NCBI GenBank assembly: GCA_020137815.1
Contig: CM035359.1
Coordinates: 4,092,001 to 4,156,000, forward strand
Direction: 5' to 3'
Origin: Hormiphora californensis
Taxonomy: Eukaryota; Animalia; Ctenophora
Length of the DNA: 64,000 nucleotides
Position numbers and translations under genes: made by a program. The notes beneath the pieces were generated by a model. The model had not been told where the DNA came from and searched no databases. It worked only from the letters and a program-made list of their open reading frames with translations. This document shows positions 63,392 to 64,000 of the stretch, piece by piece. Within the stretch, counting starts at the first letter, position 1. Every line of letters starts with the position of its first letter.

Positions 63392-64000
63392 GGGTACACC
63401 GACCGAAATTTTTTGTCGAGTGCAGGGCAATCTCTCACCGTAGGGTTGTAGGCCATGCCAAGGAGACCTCAAATATGCAATTTTAGCCCTTAAGTCGAAT
63501 TCATATTTTTGCTACAGCTGTTTAAAAAATGTCCTGTAAATTCGTTTTTGGCATCTCAAAAAAAATTTTTAGTCTCAGGTCTCTACGATCAGCCGTTTTT
63601 GAGATACAGGGAATTTATTTATTTCTGAAATGATGGCTTTCACAAAAAAAACTCTGTACAGCTTATCTCAAATAAGGATACGCCCAAAATTTATGGCCAC
63701 TTAGATAATCGTTAGACGCAACTTTTCACCAATTTACAGCTTTCACATGTTTTCGGAACTTTGCCAAATAGGGCGTTAAAGTGGAAAAAAAGAAATCCAT
63801 CTCAGGACCGGAAATCAGCTCGGATTGCAAAAAAATTTTTTGTGGTTATTCACCTTCATGTCCTCTTCAAATCCCCAAATTTTCATGCTCCTATCTTCAA
63901 AAAAATTTTTTTGAGATGCCAAAAACGAATTTACAGGACATTTTTTAAACAGCTGTAGCAAAAATATGAATTCGACTTGAGAGCTCAAATTGCATATTTG
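63392..64000. mobile_element. Kolobok-like palindromic element, truncated by window end
   Basis: TTAA|GGGTACACC; shares ACCTCAAATATGCAATTTTAGCCCT..AGTCGAATTCATATTTTTGCTACAGC with 55720; ~63470-63570 mirrored at ~63903-64000. Confidence 0.8.

Overview
Eukaryotic (metazoan) genomic DNA with GT-AG introns, (CT)n microsatellites, TTAGGG repeats and many non-autonomous DNA transposons. One dispersed MITE reminds me of ctenophore (Pleurobrachia-type) sequence; this is recollection, not verified. Two + strand genes are supported. (1) The last five exons of an ISWI/SMARCA5-family chromatin remodeller (SANT-SLIDE, 518-2012). (2) A two-pore-domain K+ channel (K2P/KCNK family) whose core exons lie at 54297-61737. 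Upstream of that core, over ~48 kb, I find eight candidate coding modules that all end in a phase-0 donor matching the first core exon, suggesting a variable-N-terminus / constant-core locus; the C-terminus also looks alternatively spliced. Introns contain a 5.4-kb foldback element with a nested telomere-repeat-bearing transposon, a 15.6-kb modular Helitron/Helentron-like array, a TIR element carrying two tRNA-like units, Kolobok- and Tc1/mariner-type palindromic elements, and a 293-bp palindrome with Penelope-type hammerhead motifs. Tandem duplications repeatedly span splice sites. No transposase/RT ORF, rRNA or CRISPR was recognised. All splicing models are inferred from sequence only.
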